From NCBI GenBank assembly GCA_964398055.1, contig CAYNLK010000005.1, positions 77,875 through 141,874 of the forward strand: 64,000 nt of DNA, given 5' to 3'. Origin of the DNA: an uncultured Caldilineaceae bacterium. GTDB lineage: Bacteria; Chloroflexota; Anaerolineae; 4572-78; J111. Of the stretch, positions 1-8,400 are shown piece by piece. Within the stretch, counting starts at the first letter, position 1. Each line of letters starts with the position of its first letter. The notes under the pieces were generated by a model. It ran no database searches. It had not been told where the DNA came from and saw only the letters and a program-made list of their open reading frames with translations. The position numbers and the translations under genes are program-made.

Positions 1-1
1 C

Positions 2-1093
2 CGCGACAACTGGCGCAAGTTGTGGAAAATCCTTTTCTACCGGCAGTATGAAGATTATCAACTGAACGAGTGGCCTTATGTCCATCGCTTTTACGTCTAC
101 GTGCGCAAAGACGTGCTCAACGACATCTGGGATTACCAGAGCGGGCCGGTGCAATTGACCCAGGCCGCCGTCCAGGACCCCTACGAAGGCAAGCGCACCG
201 AGGTCAACGCCGTGCAGGTGTGGGGCAGCAACGGCGCCGGCAACGGCCAATTTGTGACCCCGCGCAACCTGGCCGTTGGCCCGGATGGCTCCATCTACGT
301 GGCCGACAGCGGCAATCACCGCATCCAGGTTTTTGATCAGAACGGCAACTTCATCCTGACATGGGGCAGTCCCGGCGCCGAGCCGGGTCAACTCAACGAG
401 CCGTGGGGCGTAGCCGTGGCCCAAGATGGCACCGTCTACGTAGCCGATACCTGGAACCACCGTATCCAGGCTTTCAGCTCGACCGGCCAATTCTTGCGTA
501 CTTTTGGCTCTTTTGCCAACGTTCAGTACGACGCCCAGGCCGAACCGGGCAAATTCTGGGGGCCGCGGGGGATTGCCATCGACGCGGCCGGCAACCTGTA
601 CGTGACCGACACCGGCAACAAGCGGGTGCAGAAGTTCAGCCCCAACGGCCAATTTTTACAGGCCTGGGGCGGCGGCGGGATCATTCCCGGCGCTTTTGAG
701 GAACCGGTCGGCATCGATATCGATGAGCAGGGCAATATCTACGTGGCCGACACCTGGAATCGGCGGGTGCAGAAGTTCGACCCCAACTTCAACCCCATTT
801 TGCAGTGGGAGGTGGACGGCTGGGCGAGCGAGAGCGTGGTCAACAAACCGTTCCTGGCCGTGGGGCCGGACGGCCGGGTCTTCATCAGCGACCCCGAAGG
901 CTACCGCATCATCGCCTATACCCCCGCCGGGGAGGTCGATGTGACCTGGGGCCAGTACGGCCAGGATTTGGCCTCGCTGGCCCTGCCGTTGGGGCTGGAC
1001 TTCGATAGCCAAGGCCAACTGCTGGTGACCGACTCCGATAACAACCGGGTGATGAAGTTTATCCCGCCAGCGTCGGGGCAGGCCAGTCAATAG
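2..1093 (+). CDS. NHL-repeat beta-propeller protein (5' end outside window)
   Basis: The frame is open from base 2, with no stop upstream of the TTG at 20. NHL signatures repeat about every 45 aa (YVADSGNHRIQVF, YVADTWNHRIQAF, YVTDTGNKRVQKF, YVADTWNRRVQKF, LVTDSDNNRVMKF). Confidence 0.8.
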   Translation, partial: RDNWRKLWKILFYRQYEDYQLNEWPYVHRFYVYVRKDVLNDIWDYQSGPVQLTQAAVQDPYEGKRTEVNAVQVWGSNGAGNGQFVTPRNLAVGPDGSIYVADSGNHRIQVFDQNGNFILTWGSPGAEPGQLNEPWGVAVAQDGTVYVADTWNHRIQAFSSTGQFLRTFGSFANVQYDAQAEPGKFWGPRGIAIDAAGNLYVTDTGNKRVQKFSPNGQFLQAWGGGGIIPGAFEEPVGIDIDEQGNIYVADTWNRRVQKFDPNFNPILQWEVDGWASESVVNKPFLAVGPDGRVFISDPEGYRIIAYTPAGEVDVTWGQYGQDLASLALPLGLDFDSQGQLLVTDSDNNRVMKFIPPASGQASQ

Positions 1094-1271
1094 ACATTGA
1101 CTTATCATTTTGACCCCATCGACCCAACCCAAATACAGCTGCTTGGCCGTTTATCCCCCGGCCAGCGGATTCAGCGGCTGTTGGATGCCCGCGAGCTGGC
1201 CGTTGGCCTCATCCGGGGACGGTTGCAACGCCAATACTATTAATTTAATTGTACCAGTATCCACTCTCAAT

Positions 1272-1392
1272 AGCTTGGGAGCAAAGCATCCTTCGACAGG
1301 CTCAGGATGCTTTTTTAGCAGGATTAGGATGTTTTATGTTTTGCTCCAAGCGCACTGACACAAAGCGTATCGGCACACTGAGCCTGTCGAAG
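1272..1392. repeat. Nested inverted repeats in intergenic region
   Basis: TTCGACAGGCTCAG (1292..1305) is the exact reverse complement of CTGAGCCTGTCGAA (1379..1392). AGCTTGGGAGCAAA (1272..1285) pairs imperfectly with TTTGCTCCAAGC (about 1339..1351). Confidence 0.6.
1283..1316 (+). terminator. Rho-independent terminator candidate after the NHL gene
   Basis: AAAGCATCC (1283..1291) and GGATGCTTT (1305..1313) form a stem, followed by a T-run to 1316. Confidence 0.45.
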
Positions 1393-1425
1393 TGCGCCGT
1401 TCCCTGATTTTTCGAGAAGATACCT

Positions 1426-3240
1426 TCAACCTAATCGATAAACAAAAGCCAGCATCGACATCAGGGCCACGGTTTGCAGGGTGAAAATCGGCAAGGTGTT
1501 GACCACGTAATCGCGCATGGTGTACTGCCCGGCCTCGCGCACAAACAGGTTGTCGCCGTCGGTCAGGGGGGTGATATAGCCGGCCATCACGGCAAAGGCG
1601 GTGGCGATGGCAAAAGGCTCCGGCGGCGCGCCCTGGGCCGCGGCCAGGCTGATGGCAATGGGCGTGAACAAGGCCGCGCCCACCGCCCCGCCAATGACCT
1701 GAGCGACGAGGCTGGTCAGCAGGAAAAAGATGACCAGCGACCCCAACACGCCGAGATTCTGGCTCAGGCCGACAATCAATTGGGCAATCAATTCGGCGGC
1801 GCCGGTTTGTTGCAGGGCCAGGCTGAGCGATAACATCCCCCCAATCAACACCAGTAAACTGCCATTGATGTTCTGGTAGGCCCGCTCCGGGCTAACGCAG
1901 CGGGTCAGAATGAGGGCGACCACCGCCAGAACCGTGGCCGTACCCAGAGATGCCAGCCCCGACACCGCCAAAACCAACATGCCGGCCAGAATCGCCAGGG
2001 TCAAGGTGGCTTTGCCGGTGATCAGGTCGCCGGGCTGCGGGCCTAAATCGGTGACGGTCACCAAGCTCAAATCTTGCCCCACCCGGCGAATCTGGGCCAG
2101 CGGCCCCTGCACCAGTAAGGAATCGCCGGCAGTCAGAACCAATTCCGGCAGACGGTCACGGATCACCCGGCCCTGCCGGTGGACGGCCAGCACATTCAAC
2201 CCGTAGCGCTGGCGAAAGTCGATTTCAGCCAGGCTCCGGCCAACCAGGGGCGACCGAAACGGAACCATCACCTCAGCCATGCGCAGGGTTTCCTGCTCCA
2301 GCCGGTTGAACTCATCCAGATGAACCGGCCCCTTCATTTCCAGGCCGTGAACATTGGCCAGTTGCAAAATCCGGCCGGGGTCGCCTTCGACCACCAACAG
2401 ATCGTCAAGTTCCAACACATAATCGGGTTTGGCCGGTTGCAATGCCCCGCCCTGGGGCTGCACGGCAATAACATTGAGCCTGGCCGCCAGCCGCAAGTCA
2501 CGGCTTCCTTCCAACGATTTACCGATCAAATCAGAGCTGGAACGTACCCGCAGCCGGTAGAGCACATTATCCAGTTGGTAACTCTGCTGCACATCAGCCA
2601 GGGAGGGGCGGCGGTGTTCAGGCGGCAACTCGGCCCGCAACAGGCGGCAACCGGCCAGCCAATACCACAGAATCACTAACCCAACCGAGACCAGAGCGTA
2701 AGGGCTTAAACTGAATAGACTAAGGCGCGGCTGACCAGCCACGGCCAAGACATCGCTGACCACCAGGTTAGAAGCTGTGCCGATGAGGGTCAATTGATTG
2801 CCCACTGTGGCCGTGGTTGCCAGGGGCAGGAGCAGCCGGGCCGAGGCCAATTTAGCCTGGCGAGCCACGCGCAGCACGGCCGGCATCAATAAGGCCACTA
2901 CCAACAGCCCATCCAGGAAGGCGGTCATGATGGCAGCAGTGAGCATAATCACCAACAGCAGGGCGATTTCACCCCGGCCGCCAAAGCGTAGAATCTGATT
3001 GGCGATGATCGTGGCGACGCCGGTGTCAAACAGGGCTGCACCCAGCACAAAGATACCGGCCACAATCAGGATGACCGGCTGACCAAATGGGCTGAAGGCT
3101 TCTGTTGGGCTGAGGACACCGGTGACGATGAGGGCTAACATCACCAACAAAGCGGTTACATCGGCCCGCAACCACTGATTGGCCAACACCACCAGGGTTA
3201 TAACCAGCAAAAAGATGGTAAAAGCGGCTTCATATGGCAT
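1426..3240 (-). CDS. SLC13/DASS-like (CitT/ArsB superfamily) permease with two TrkA-C (RCK_C) domains
   Basis: Many TM helices at both ends flank two soluble RCK_C-like modules (LRVRSSSDLIGKSLEG..., MVPFRSPLVGRSLAEI...). I prefer the ATG at 3240 (MPYEAAF) over the ORF-track start at 3282. Confidence 0.75.
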   Translation of the reverse strand: MPYEAAFTIFLLVITLVVLANQWLRADVTALLVMLALIVTGVLSPTEAFSPFGQPVILIVAGIFVLGAALFDTGVATIIANQILRFGGRGEIALLLVIMLTAAIMTAFLDGLLVVALLMPAVLRVARQAKLASARLLLPLATTATVGNQLTLIGTASNLVVSDVLAVAGQPRLSLFSLSPYALVSVGLVILWYWLAGCRLLRAELPPEHRRPSLADVQQSYQLDNVLYRLRVRSSSDLIGKSLEGSRDLRLAARLNVIAVQPQGGALQPAKPDYVLELDDLLVVEGDPGRILQLANVHGLEMKGPVHLDEFNRLEQETLRMAEVMVPFRSPLVGRSLAEIDFRQRYGLNVLAVHRQGRVIRDRLPELVLTAGDSLLVQGPLAQIRRVGQDLSLVTVTDLGPQPGDLITGKATLTLAILAGMLVLAVSGLASLGTATVLAVVALILTRCVSPERAYQNINGSLLVLIGGMLSLSLALQQTGAAELIAQLIVGLSQNLGVLGSLVIFFLLTSLVAQVIGGAVGAALFTPIAISLAAAQGAPPEPFAIATAFAVMAGYITPLTDGDNLFVREAGQYTMRDYVVNTLPIFTLQTVALMSMLAFVYRLG

Positions 3241-3340
3241 AGGGGCAAGTATAATCCCAAATCGACGCCGGAGACAACCCATAGGGGTAATTTAGGTAGC
3301 GAATTTTATTGAGCGATCAAGGGGAATAATCGGAGCAGGT

Positions 3341-4213
3341 TCAATTCTCCGGCGCGCCAGCATCGATCCAGGCACTGATGGCGCGAATCTCGGCCGGCAG
3401 CAGGCGCGGTTCATTCTTGGGCATCTCGCCTGTGGTGATAAGTTCTACCAGATAACTTTCGGCGGCATTGCCCGGTTCGATCACTGAGCCGTTCCACGAG
3501 CCGGTCAGCAGACCGGCGTAACTCCGCATATCCAGCCCCTCTTCAATCCGCAGGGTACCATCAGCCTTGGGGCCACCATGACACTTGATACAACGCCGTT
3601 CGAGAATAGGGAAGATATCATTGGTATAGCTGACCGCAACCGGTCCGGCAGGAGCAGGGGTGGGCGGTGGAAGTGGGGTAGCGGTAGGCAACGGCGTAGC
3701 CGTAGGCGTGACTGTTGGCGGTAGGCTGGGCGTGGCCGTGGGCAGCGGCGTCGGTGTATTGGTGGGCGCTGGACTGGGTGTGAAGGTGGGGGTGGGTGAA
3801 GGTTCGGGAGCGGTCGAGGTAGTTGCCACCGTCGCAGTCTCTGGCAGAGCCGGCTGGCTGGTCGGCGAGGGGGTAGTGGTGCTGGTGGAAGTCTGGGTGG
3901 GTGGAGGCGTCGAAGTAGCCGTAGGAGTGTTGGTCGGCGCTGGGGGGGAGGTAACGGTTGGCAGGGGCGTCGATGTCGCTGTCGCCGTCGGGGTGGTTTG
4001 CACGGCTACAGCCTGCCCCTCTTCATCGGCAAGTGAAGCTTCAGTGGGGTTACCGGCCCCGGTCAGGTGAAGATAGCCAAACAGCAGCCCTCCCCAGAGC
4101 AGACCAATGATAGCGGCCAGGGCAACTTGACGGAGCAGTTGCCCCAATGAGGGCCATTGAATCGAACGTCTTTTATCCGGCCCCGAACCGGTTTTCCAGT
4201 AACTATTGGTCAT
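3341..4213 (-). CDS. Membrane-anchored c-type heme protein with PSCyt1-like (planctomycete cytochrome c) domain
   Basis: An N-terminal TM helix is followed by a Pro/Thr-rich linker of about 150 aa. The C-terminal domain has a CIKCHG heme-binding motif and ends ...AEIRAISAWIDAGAP. Confidence 0.7.
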   Translation of the reverse strand: MTNSYWKTGSGPDKRRSIQWPSLGQLLRQVALAAIIGLLWGGLLFGYLHLTGAGNPTEASLADEEGQAVAVQTTPTATATSTPLPTVTSPPAPTNTPTATSTPPPTQTSTSTTTPSPTSQPALPETATVATTSTAPEPSPTPTFTPSPAPTNTPTPLPTATPSLPPTVTPTATPLPTATPLPPPTPAPAGPVAVSYTNDIFPILERRCIKCHGGPKADGTLRIEEGLDMRSYAGLLTGSWNGSVIEPGNAAESYLVELITTGEMPKNEPRLLPAEIRAISAWIDAGAPEN

Positions 4214-4223
4214 AGTTCTATGC

Positions 4224-4673
4224 CTAGAAACCGTACAGGATCACCCCGCCCAAAAAACCCAGCGTCGCCGCCAGGGCAAAGCTGCCGGCAAAACCTAGCA
4301 GATAGAGCACCATCGTGCCTGGCTTCCACAACACCTCGGCCTGCCGCCAGCGGCTGATCACCACCACCAGACTGAGCACGATGAGCGAAATCGCCAGGAA
4401 GAATTTGACGTTGGCCAAAGGCGCCTCCCCTTCAAAACGGACAATATTGTCTCGCATACCGGTGAGGCCGGCAACGATCGAAGCGATGGCAGCCAGGGTA
4501 AGGTTATAGAAGGCCGCCCGTTCCAGGGCTTCACTGCGCCGCCACAAAGCCAGCACCAAAAACAGGAGAGCCACGCCACTCAAAGCGATGGGAAAATGAA
4601 CGGTCATGCTGTGCAGCGGATGCAGCTCGGTGAGAGCAGTAAAAAGGCGACTGATAAATTCTGTTGGTGTCAT
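4224..4673 (-). CDS. DUF2231-like integral membrane protein
   Basis: Four predicted TM helices and an HFPIAL motif near the N-terminus. It sits adjacent to cytochrome c genes. Confidence 0.6.
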   Translation of the reverse strand: MTPTEFISRLFTALTELHPLHSMTVHFPIALSGVALLFLVLALWRRSEALERAAFYNLTLAAIASIVAGLTGMRDNIVRFEGEAPLANVKFFLAISLIVLSLVVVISRWRQAEVLWKPGTMVLYLLGFAGSFALAATLGFLGGVILYGF

Positions 4674-4722
4674 TGGTTTGGTTAGTTAGTTAGTTAGTTG
4701 GTTGGTTAGTTGTTGGTTGGTC
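4674..4722. repeat. (TTAG/TTGG)n short tandem repeat abutting the start codon of the DUF2231 gene
   Basis: The plus strand reads tggtttggttagttagttagttagttggttggttagttgttggttggtc. On the coding strand this gives a C/A-only leader, ...CTAACTAACTAACTAACCAAACCA-ATG. Confidence 0.8.
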
Positions 4723-4785
4723 ATTGGGAAAGGGAGGGGGAAGAGCTGTACCGGGCGCTCATTCCCCCTCTTAAGAATTAAAAGG

Positions 4786-5511
4786 TTACGAGCGCAGGAC
4801 CAGGCGGCGCAACGCCACCCCGATGAGGGTCATGCCACCCCCGATCAGCAGCCAGATGAGCGACCACGAGACGGTTGGAGCGCCACCGGACTGGGGTAGG
4901 GCTGGCGGCGGCGATGACGCTGCCTGTTGGGCGGCGACTTCCTGGGCCAGAAAATCGGCAATTAGAGTGGCTTCAGCATCACTGACCTGGTCAGGGCTAT
5001 ACATTGGCATATTGTTGCGGGGTGTACGCAATTGCGCCAGCACGACTTCAGCAGTAGGCATTTCACCTCGCTGAATAAAGCCGTTAATCGGGCCGGTGGT
5101 GGTATGGCAGGCAACACACCGTTTCTCCACAATGAGTAATTGGCCCTGGGGTGCATCGGCCGGTAAACCGGCATCATTGGGCGTAAAACCACTTACCGGG
5201 GCCAGCGAACTGACATAGGCGTGCAGATCGATGACCATCTGATCAGAAACTTGCTCGGCCGAAAAACTGGGCATATTGCGACGAGGAGTCCGTACCTGCT
5301 CAATCCATTCCTGGGCCGTTTTGGTGCTGCCGGCCAGCGGGCCAGCCCAGAGTCCTTGAGCCTCGGGACCGTGGCAACGCTGACAACCGGTCTGCTCTTC
5401 CCAAAGCAACTTACCATTAGTCGGGTCCTGGGCTGAAACTGTGGCAGTGGTTACTACAATCAATAAACCTATTACTAATACCGATGTGAAGATTCTATAG
5501 ATAGCGGACAT
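4786..5511 (-). CDS. Dihaem c-type cytochrome with C-terminal TM anchor
   Basis: Signal peptide and two CxxCH motifs (CQRCH, CVACH). These lie in two duplicated modules, each ending RTPRxNMPxxSxxQVSD, and the C-terminus is a hydrophobic helix. Confidence 0.8.
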   Translation of the reverse strand: MSAIYRIFTSVLVIGLLIVVTTATVSAQDPTNGKLLWEEQTGCQRCHGPEAQGLWAGPLAGSTKTAQEWIEQVRTPRRNMPSFSAEQVSDQMVIDLHAYVSSLAPVSGFTPNDAGLPADAPQGQLLIVEKRCVACHTTTGPINGFIQRGEMPTAEVVLAQLRTPRNNMPMYSPDQVSDAEATLIADFLAQEVAAQQAASSPPPALPQSGGAPTVSWSLIWLLIGGGMTLIGVALRRLVLRS

Positions 5512-5661
5512 GTGTTCCTCCTCAAATTAGGTAGAGTAGCTCAACAATTTCCAAATAAATGCAGTTACTCCCCCCTCACCCCCCTTCTGATGTTAGAGTG
5601 AGGCTGGCTACGAATAATGTTAGCCAACCCAACCAAGTTGCCGGTCAAAATTGAAGGCATG

Positions 5662-5690
5662 ATTTTACCGGCCTGCAAGCCGATTGTCAA
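5662..5690 (-). promoter_or_regulatory. Sigma-70-type promoter candidate for the cytochrome c operon
   Basis: The minus strand reads TTGACA-N17-TAAAAT (-35 at 5685..5690, -10 at 5662..5667). It is followed by a leader of about 140 nt before the ATG at 5511. Confidence 0.5.
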
Positions 5691-5819
5691 AAGATTTTTT
5701 GGAAATAACCACACATAGAAGATACGTAACAGTTCAACAATTGGATGTATCGAAGGGCAAATCAAATAGAAAAGTCCATCCCACGACCGAAGACAGACTT
5801 TAACCGATCACCGAATCAG

Positions 5820-6554
5820 TCAGAGGGAACCACCCAGAACTTTGGGTCCGGTCGGGCCAGGGCTGCCGCCGGAGGGTTCGATAGTGATGCCAAAGCCGGT
5901 ATAGCTGGATAGCGGGGCAACCGAATCGATCCAGAGCGCCCCATACCCTTCTTCACTCACCGAGAAAACCCCGCCGCTGTCGCGCTGGTCATCCTCGATC
6001 AACCAGAGTTGGTACTGCTGGCTTTCAGTGAGTGGCGGCAACCGGTCAACCACCAGGGTGCCGTGGTGACCATCGAGACTGATGACGATCAGGCCGCTGG
6101 CCGCCGGTACGGCTTCGGTGCCGCTCAAGACAACGGTCCGCATCACGCCGCCAGGCTGTTGGGCGGCGGCCAATTGGTTGAGCCGCTGCCACAACCAGAG
6201 ATTACTGAGGCCCAATAACACGACCAAAATCAGGGCCGCGGCGACCCAGAGCAGGCTGGTTCGGCGCATGGAGACTAGCCACGAGGCCCACCAGGTTGAC
6301 CGGGGTTGAGCCATGACCCTGGTTCGCGGCGGTTGAATCCGCTCCAACAACCTGGCTCTCAACTCCGGGCGAGGCGCAACTTTGGGCGCAGCCAAGGCCA
6401 ACCGGCCAACCGTCGCCTCATAGGCGCGCAATTGGACCCGGCAATCGGCGCAGACAGCCAGATGTTCCGCAACAGTAATCAGCTCGTCCTCATCCAGGCA
6501 ATCCAAGGCATAGGCCGGTAATAGGTCCGCAACATGCGCTTCAGCAGACATCAA
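5820..6554 (-). CDS. Anti-sigma factor (zf-HC2 N-terminus, TM, RskA-like extracytoplasmic domain)
   Basis: HLAVCADCRV zinc-finger-like motif, a central TM helix, and a position directly downstream of an ECF sigma gene. Confidence 0.75.
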   Translation of the reverse strand: MMSAEAHVADLLPAYALDCLDEDELITVAEHLAVCADCRVQLRAYEATVGRLALAAPKVAPRPELRARLLERIQPPRTRVMAQPRSTWWASWLVSMRRTSLLWVAAALILVVLLGLSNLWLWQRLNQLAAAQQPGGVMRTVVLSGTEAVPAASGLIVISLDGHHGTLVVDRLPPLTESQQYQLWLIEDDQRDSGGVFSVSEEGYGALWIDSVAPLSSYTGFGITIEPSGGSPGPTGPKVLGGSL

Positions 6555-6622
6555 AATTCCTCTTCACTTCACACTTCCTCTACCCTACTATACGTAACCA
6601 AATCGTTCTTGGATTTAGCAGG

Positions 6623-7207
6623 TTACTCAAACTGATCATCCGGTAATAGCTGGCGCAACTTTTGCACCGCCAGGCGAATACGGGTTTTGATGGTACCCAG
6701 CGGCTGCCCCAGCTCCTCGGCAATCTGGCGATGGCTGTACCCTTTGAAATAAGCGAGGGCCAGGGCTTGTTGCTGGTCGGCCGGCAATTGGGCTACCGCC
6801 GCCCGAATCTGGGCCTGCTGGAGAGCAAGCTCGGTCGCCGTTTCGGGATTATGACCATTGAGAAGCGCAGTGGCCGGTAGTTCAAACCAACTCAGGCTAT
6901 CCTTTTCCGGACGACTGCGCCGGCGCCGCACCAGGTCAATCGAGCGGTGGCGAGCAATGCTGGTCAGCCAAGTCGTAACCTTGGCCTGGTTAGCCTGGTA
7001 GGTGTCGGCTTTTTCCCAAACCCGACTGAACACGTCGAGGGTGATCTCTTCGGCCGTAGCCTGATCACCGACAATATTGAAGGCCAGGCTAAAGACCAGC
7101 CGGTTGTACCGGTCATACAGGGCCGTCAGGGCGTCCGGTTGGGCTCGAGCAATAAGCCGGATCAGGCTTTCATCGGCCAGGGTTGAGTATTCCACAAAAT
7201 GATGCAT
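6623..7207 (-). CDS. ECF (group IV) sigma-70 family factor
   Basis: Region 2 (FSLAFNIVGDQATAEEITLDVF) and a region 4 HTH (YFKGYSHRQIAEELGQPLGTIKTRI). Confidence 0.85.
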   Translation of the reverse strand: MHHFVEYSTLADESLIRLIARAQPDALTALYDRYNRLVFSLAFNIVGDQATAEEITLDVFSRVWEKADTYQANQAKVTTWLTSIARHRSIDLVRRRRSRPEKDSLSWFELPATALLNGHNPETATELALQQAQIRAAVAQLPADQQQALALAYFKGYSHRQIAEELGQPLGTIKTRIRLAVQKLRQLLPDDQFE

Positions 7208-7326
7208 CCTCTTTGGAAGTCGATAGAGCTTATTTTACCACAAATTGGCCCATCGTTAGAACAATTTGCCTCCCCAATCAAAATAGCCTCGCTTATGAGG
7301 ATTTAAGCTGAGTCCTCCCGCCAGAT

Positions 7327-7761
7327 TCAACGACAATTGGGCATTAAATTGAGCTGGTTGGTTATCTCGGCTGGATTGAGCAGGCCCAATTGGCGGCTAC
7401 GCTCTTGAGCGCGTTCATCGAACAAGATTAAGGCCGGAATCAACCACACCCCATATCGGCGGGCCGCGATTCGACCGACAGGACTCAAAAAATCTAACCG
7501 AATTACGGTCAATCTCCCGTCGAATTTTCGCTCTAACCCATCCACGATAGGTTTGTAAGTGACACAAACCGTTCAAAAATTGGAGTAGAAATAGAGCAGC
7601 GTCGGTTGGCCCTGACCAATTTGGGCGGTTAAGGCCTCAAAGGACTCAACCGGCGTTGGTTTGGCGTGCCAAAAGAGATGAACCAATAGCCACGCCGCCA
7701 GGGCCAGGCCGCCGACTGTAATCAAGGTTATTTTGAGTAAAGAAATCCCATTGATGAGCAT
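7327..7761 (-). CDS. Membrane-anchored thioredoxin-fold protein with in-frame TGA at the first active-site Cys position (candidate selenoprotein U-x-x-C; alternatively a nonsense pseudogene)
   Basis: ORFs 7573..7761 and 7327..7545 share one frame. Reading through the TGA at 7573..7575 gives ...LLYFYSNF-U-TVCVTYKPIVDGLERKFDGRLTVIRLDF...YGVWLIPALILFDE, which is colinear with the thioredoxin WCGPC...cis-Pro region. Confidence 0.6.
7550..7570 (-). promoter_or_regulatory. Hairpin immediately 3' of the in-frame UGA (SECIS candidate)
   Basis: The mRNA reads UGA-AC-GGUUUGU-GUCACUU-ACAAACC. This is a perfect 7-bp stem with a 7-nt loop containing G and U, starting 2 nt after the UGA. Confidence 0.4.
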
Positions 7762-7792
7762 GCTGGCACCTCGTTGTCATTGGCAATTTTTT

Positions 7793-7826
7793 CCAAAAAA
7801 CAAGGCCCTATCTGAAGATAGGGCCC
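7793..7826 (-). terminator. Rho-independent terminator after the DUF2892 gene
   Basis: GGCCCTATCT/AGATAGGGCC stem (7804..7825), followed on the minus strand by TTGTTTTTTGG. Confidence 0.6.
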
Positions 7827-7850
7827 TGGACCAGTTCTAAAATAAATGAT

Positions 7851-8051
7851 TTAGCTTTTGCGCGTGCTGAATTTGAAGGGCAAGTAAAGCGGACACCAAC
7901 CGACCACACCGGTCAACAGCGGGATGAAGCCGATGATCCCGACGATAGTCCCCACCGTACCGGTCAGAACGAAAAAGCCGACCACGATGAGCACCAGTCC
8001 AACCACAATTCTTAGAACCCGATCGATACCGCCGACATTTAGTGTAAACAT
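7851..8051 (-). CDS. DUF2892 (YgaP-like) small membrane protein
   Basis: 66 aa with two TM helices. The N-terminus GGIDRVLRIVVGLVLIV and the C-terminal GWCPLY motif are typical of DUF2892. Confidence 0.7.
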   Translation of the reverse strand: MFTLNVGGIDRVLRIVVGLVLIVVGFFVLTGTVGTIVGIIGFIPLLTGVVGWCPLYLPFKFSTRKS

Positions 8052-8122
8052 TGTTTGTCTCCTCGTTTAGATTGATTTAGCTTGGTTTTTGTAGGGCCAT
8101 TTTCGGCCCTTTCACTCCTTTA

Positions 8123-8148
8123 GACGGGAACAAAGGTCAAAGGTTACA
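8123..8148 (-). promoter_or_regulatory. ECF-type promoter candidate in front of the DUF2892 gene
   Basis: The minus strand reads TGTAACCTTTGACCTTTGTTCCCGTCTAAA (AAC-N16-CGTC). It is nearly identical to the motif at 9020..9045. Confidence 0.5.
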
Positions 8149-8151
8149 AGA

Positions 8152-8400
8152 TCAGGTTTTGGTTTCAGGGCGCTTTAAAAATGCTTCCTGCAATTGGGTA
8201 AAGAGACGCTGCCGGCGGGCCGCCGGAATGGTACGCTGGCCTTGCCGGCGATACAGGAAAATGGTCTGCTGGGTGGTATCAAGGATCACCCGGCAATTCA
8301 GGCAGGTAGCCAGATGAGCCTGGGCCTCGGCGGTTAATTCTTCGGTGAGATTCTGATCAATATAATCGGATAAATAGGTTACTAATTCTTCACAGTCCAT
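8152..8400 (-). CDS. Small zinc-binding (ZAS-type, zf-HC2) anti-sigma factor
   Basis: HLATCLNCRV (HxxxCxxC) motif. Its start abuts the stop codon of the upstream ECF sigma gene. Confidence 0.7.
   Translation of the reverse strand: MDCEELVTYLSDYIDQNLTEELTAEAQAHLATCLNCRVILDTTQQTIFLYRRQGQRTIPAARRQRLFTQLQEAFLKRPETKT

Noticed and set aside
1110-1358. An 82-aa ORF downstream of the NHL gene.
   Set aside because: It runs across a terminator hairpin and the nested inverted repeats. A different frame (1097..1243) looks more protein-like, but even that appears to be a truncated remnant.
4786-4815. A third GTAACCTTT string (minus strand, overlapping the cytochrome c stop codon), considered as another ECF promoter.
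   Set aside because: No CGTC-type -10 element lies at the N16 spacing, and the match includes the stop codon. It is probably coincidental.
5565-5765. A 66-aa ORF in the AT-rich gap between the anti-sigma gene and the cytochrome c gene.
   Set aside because: It spans a consensus promoter (TTGACA-N17-TAAAAT) and the 5' leader of the cytochrome operon. It has no RBS and no recognisable motif.
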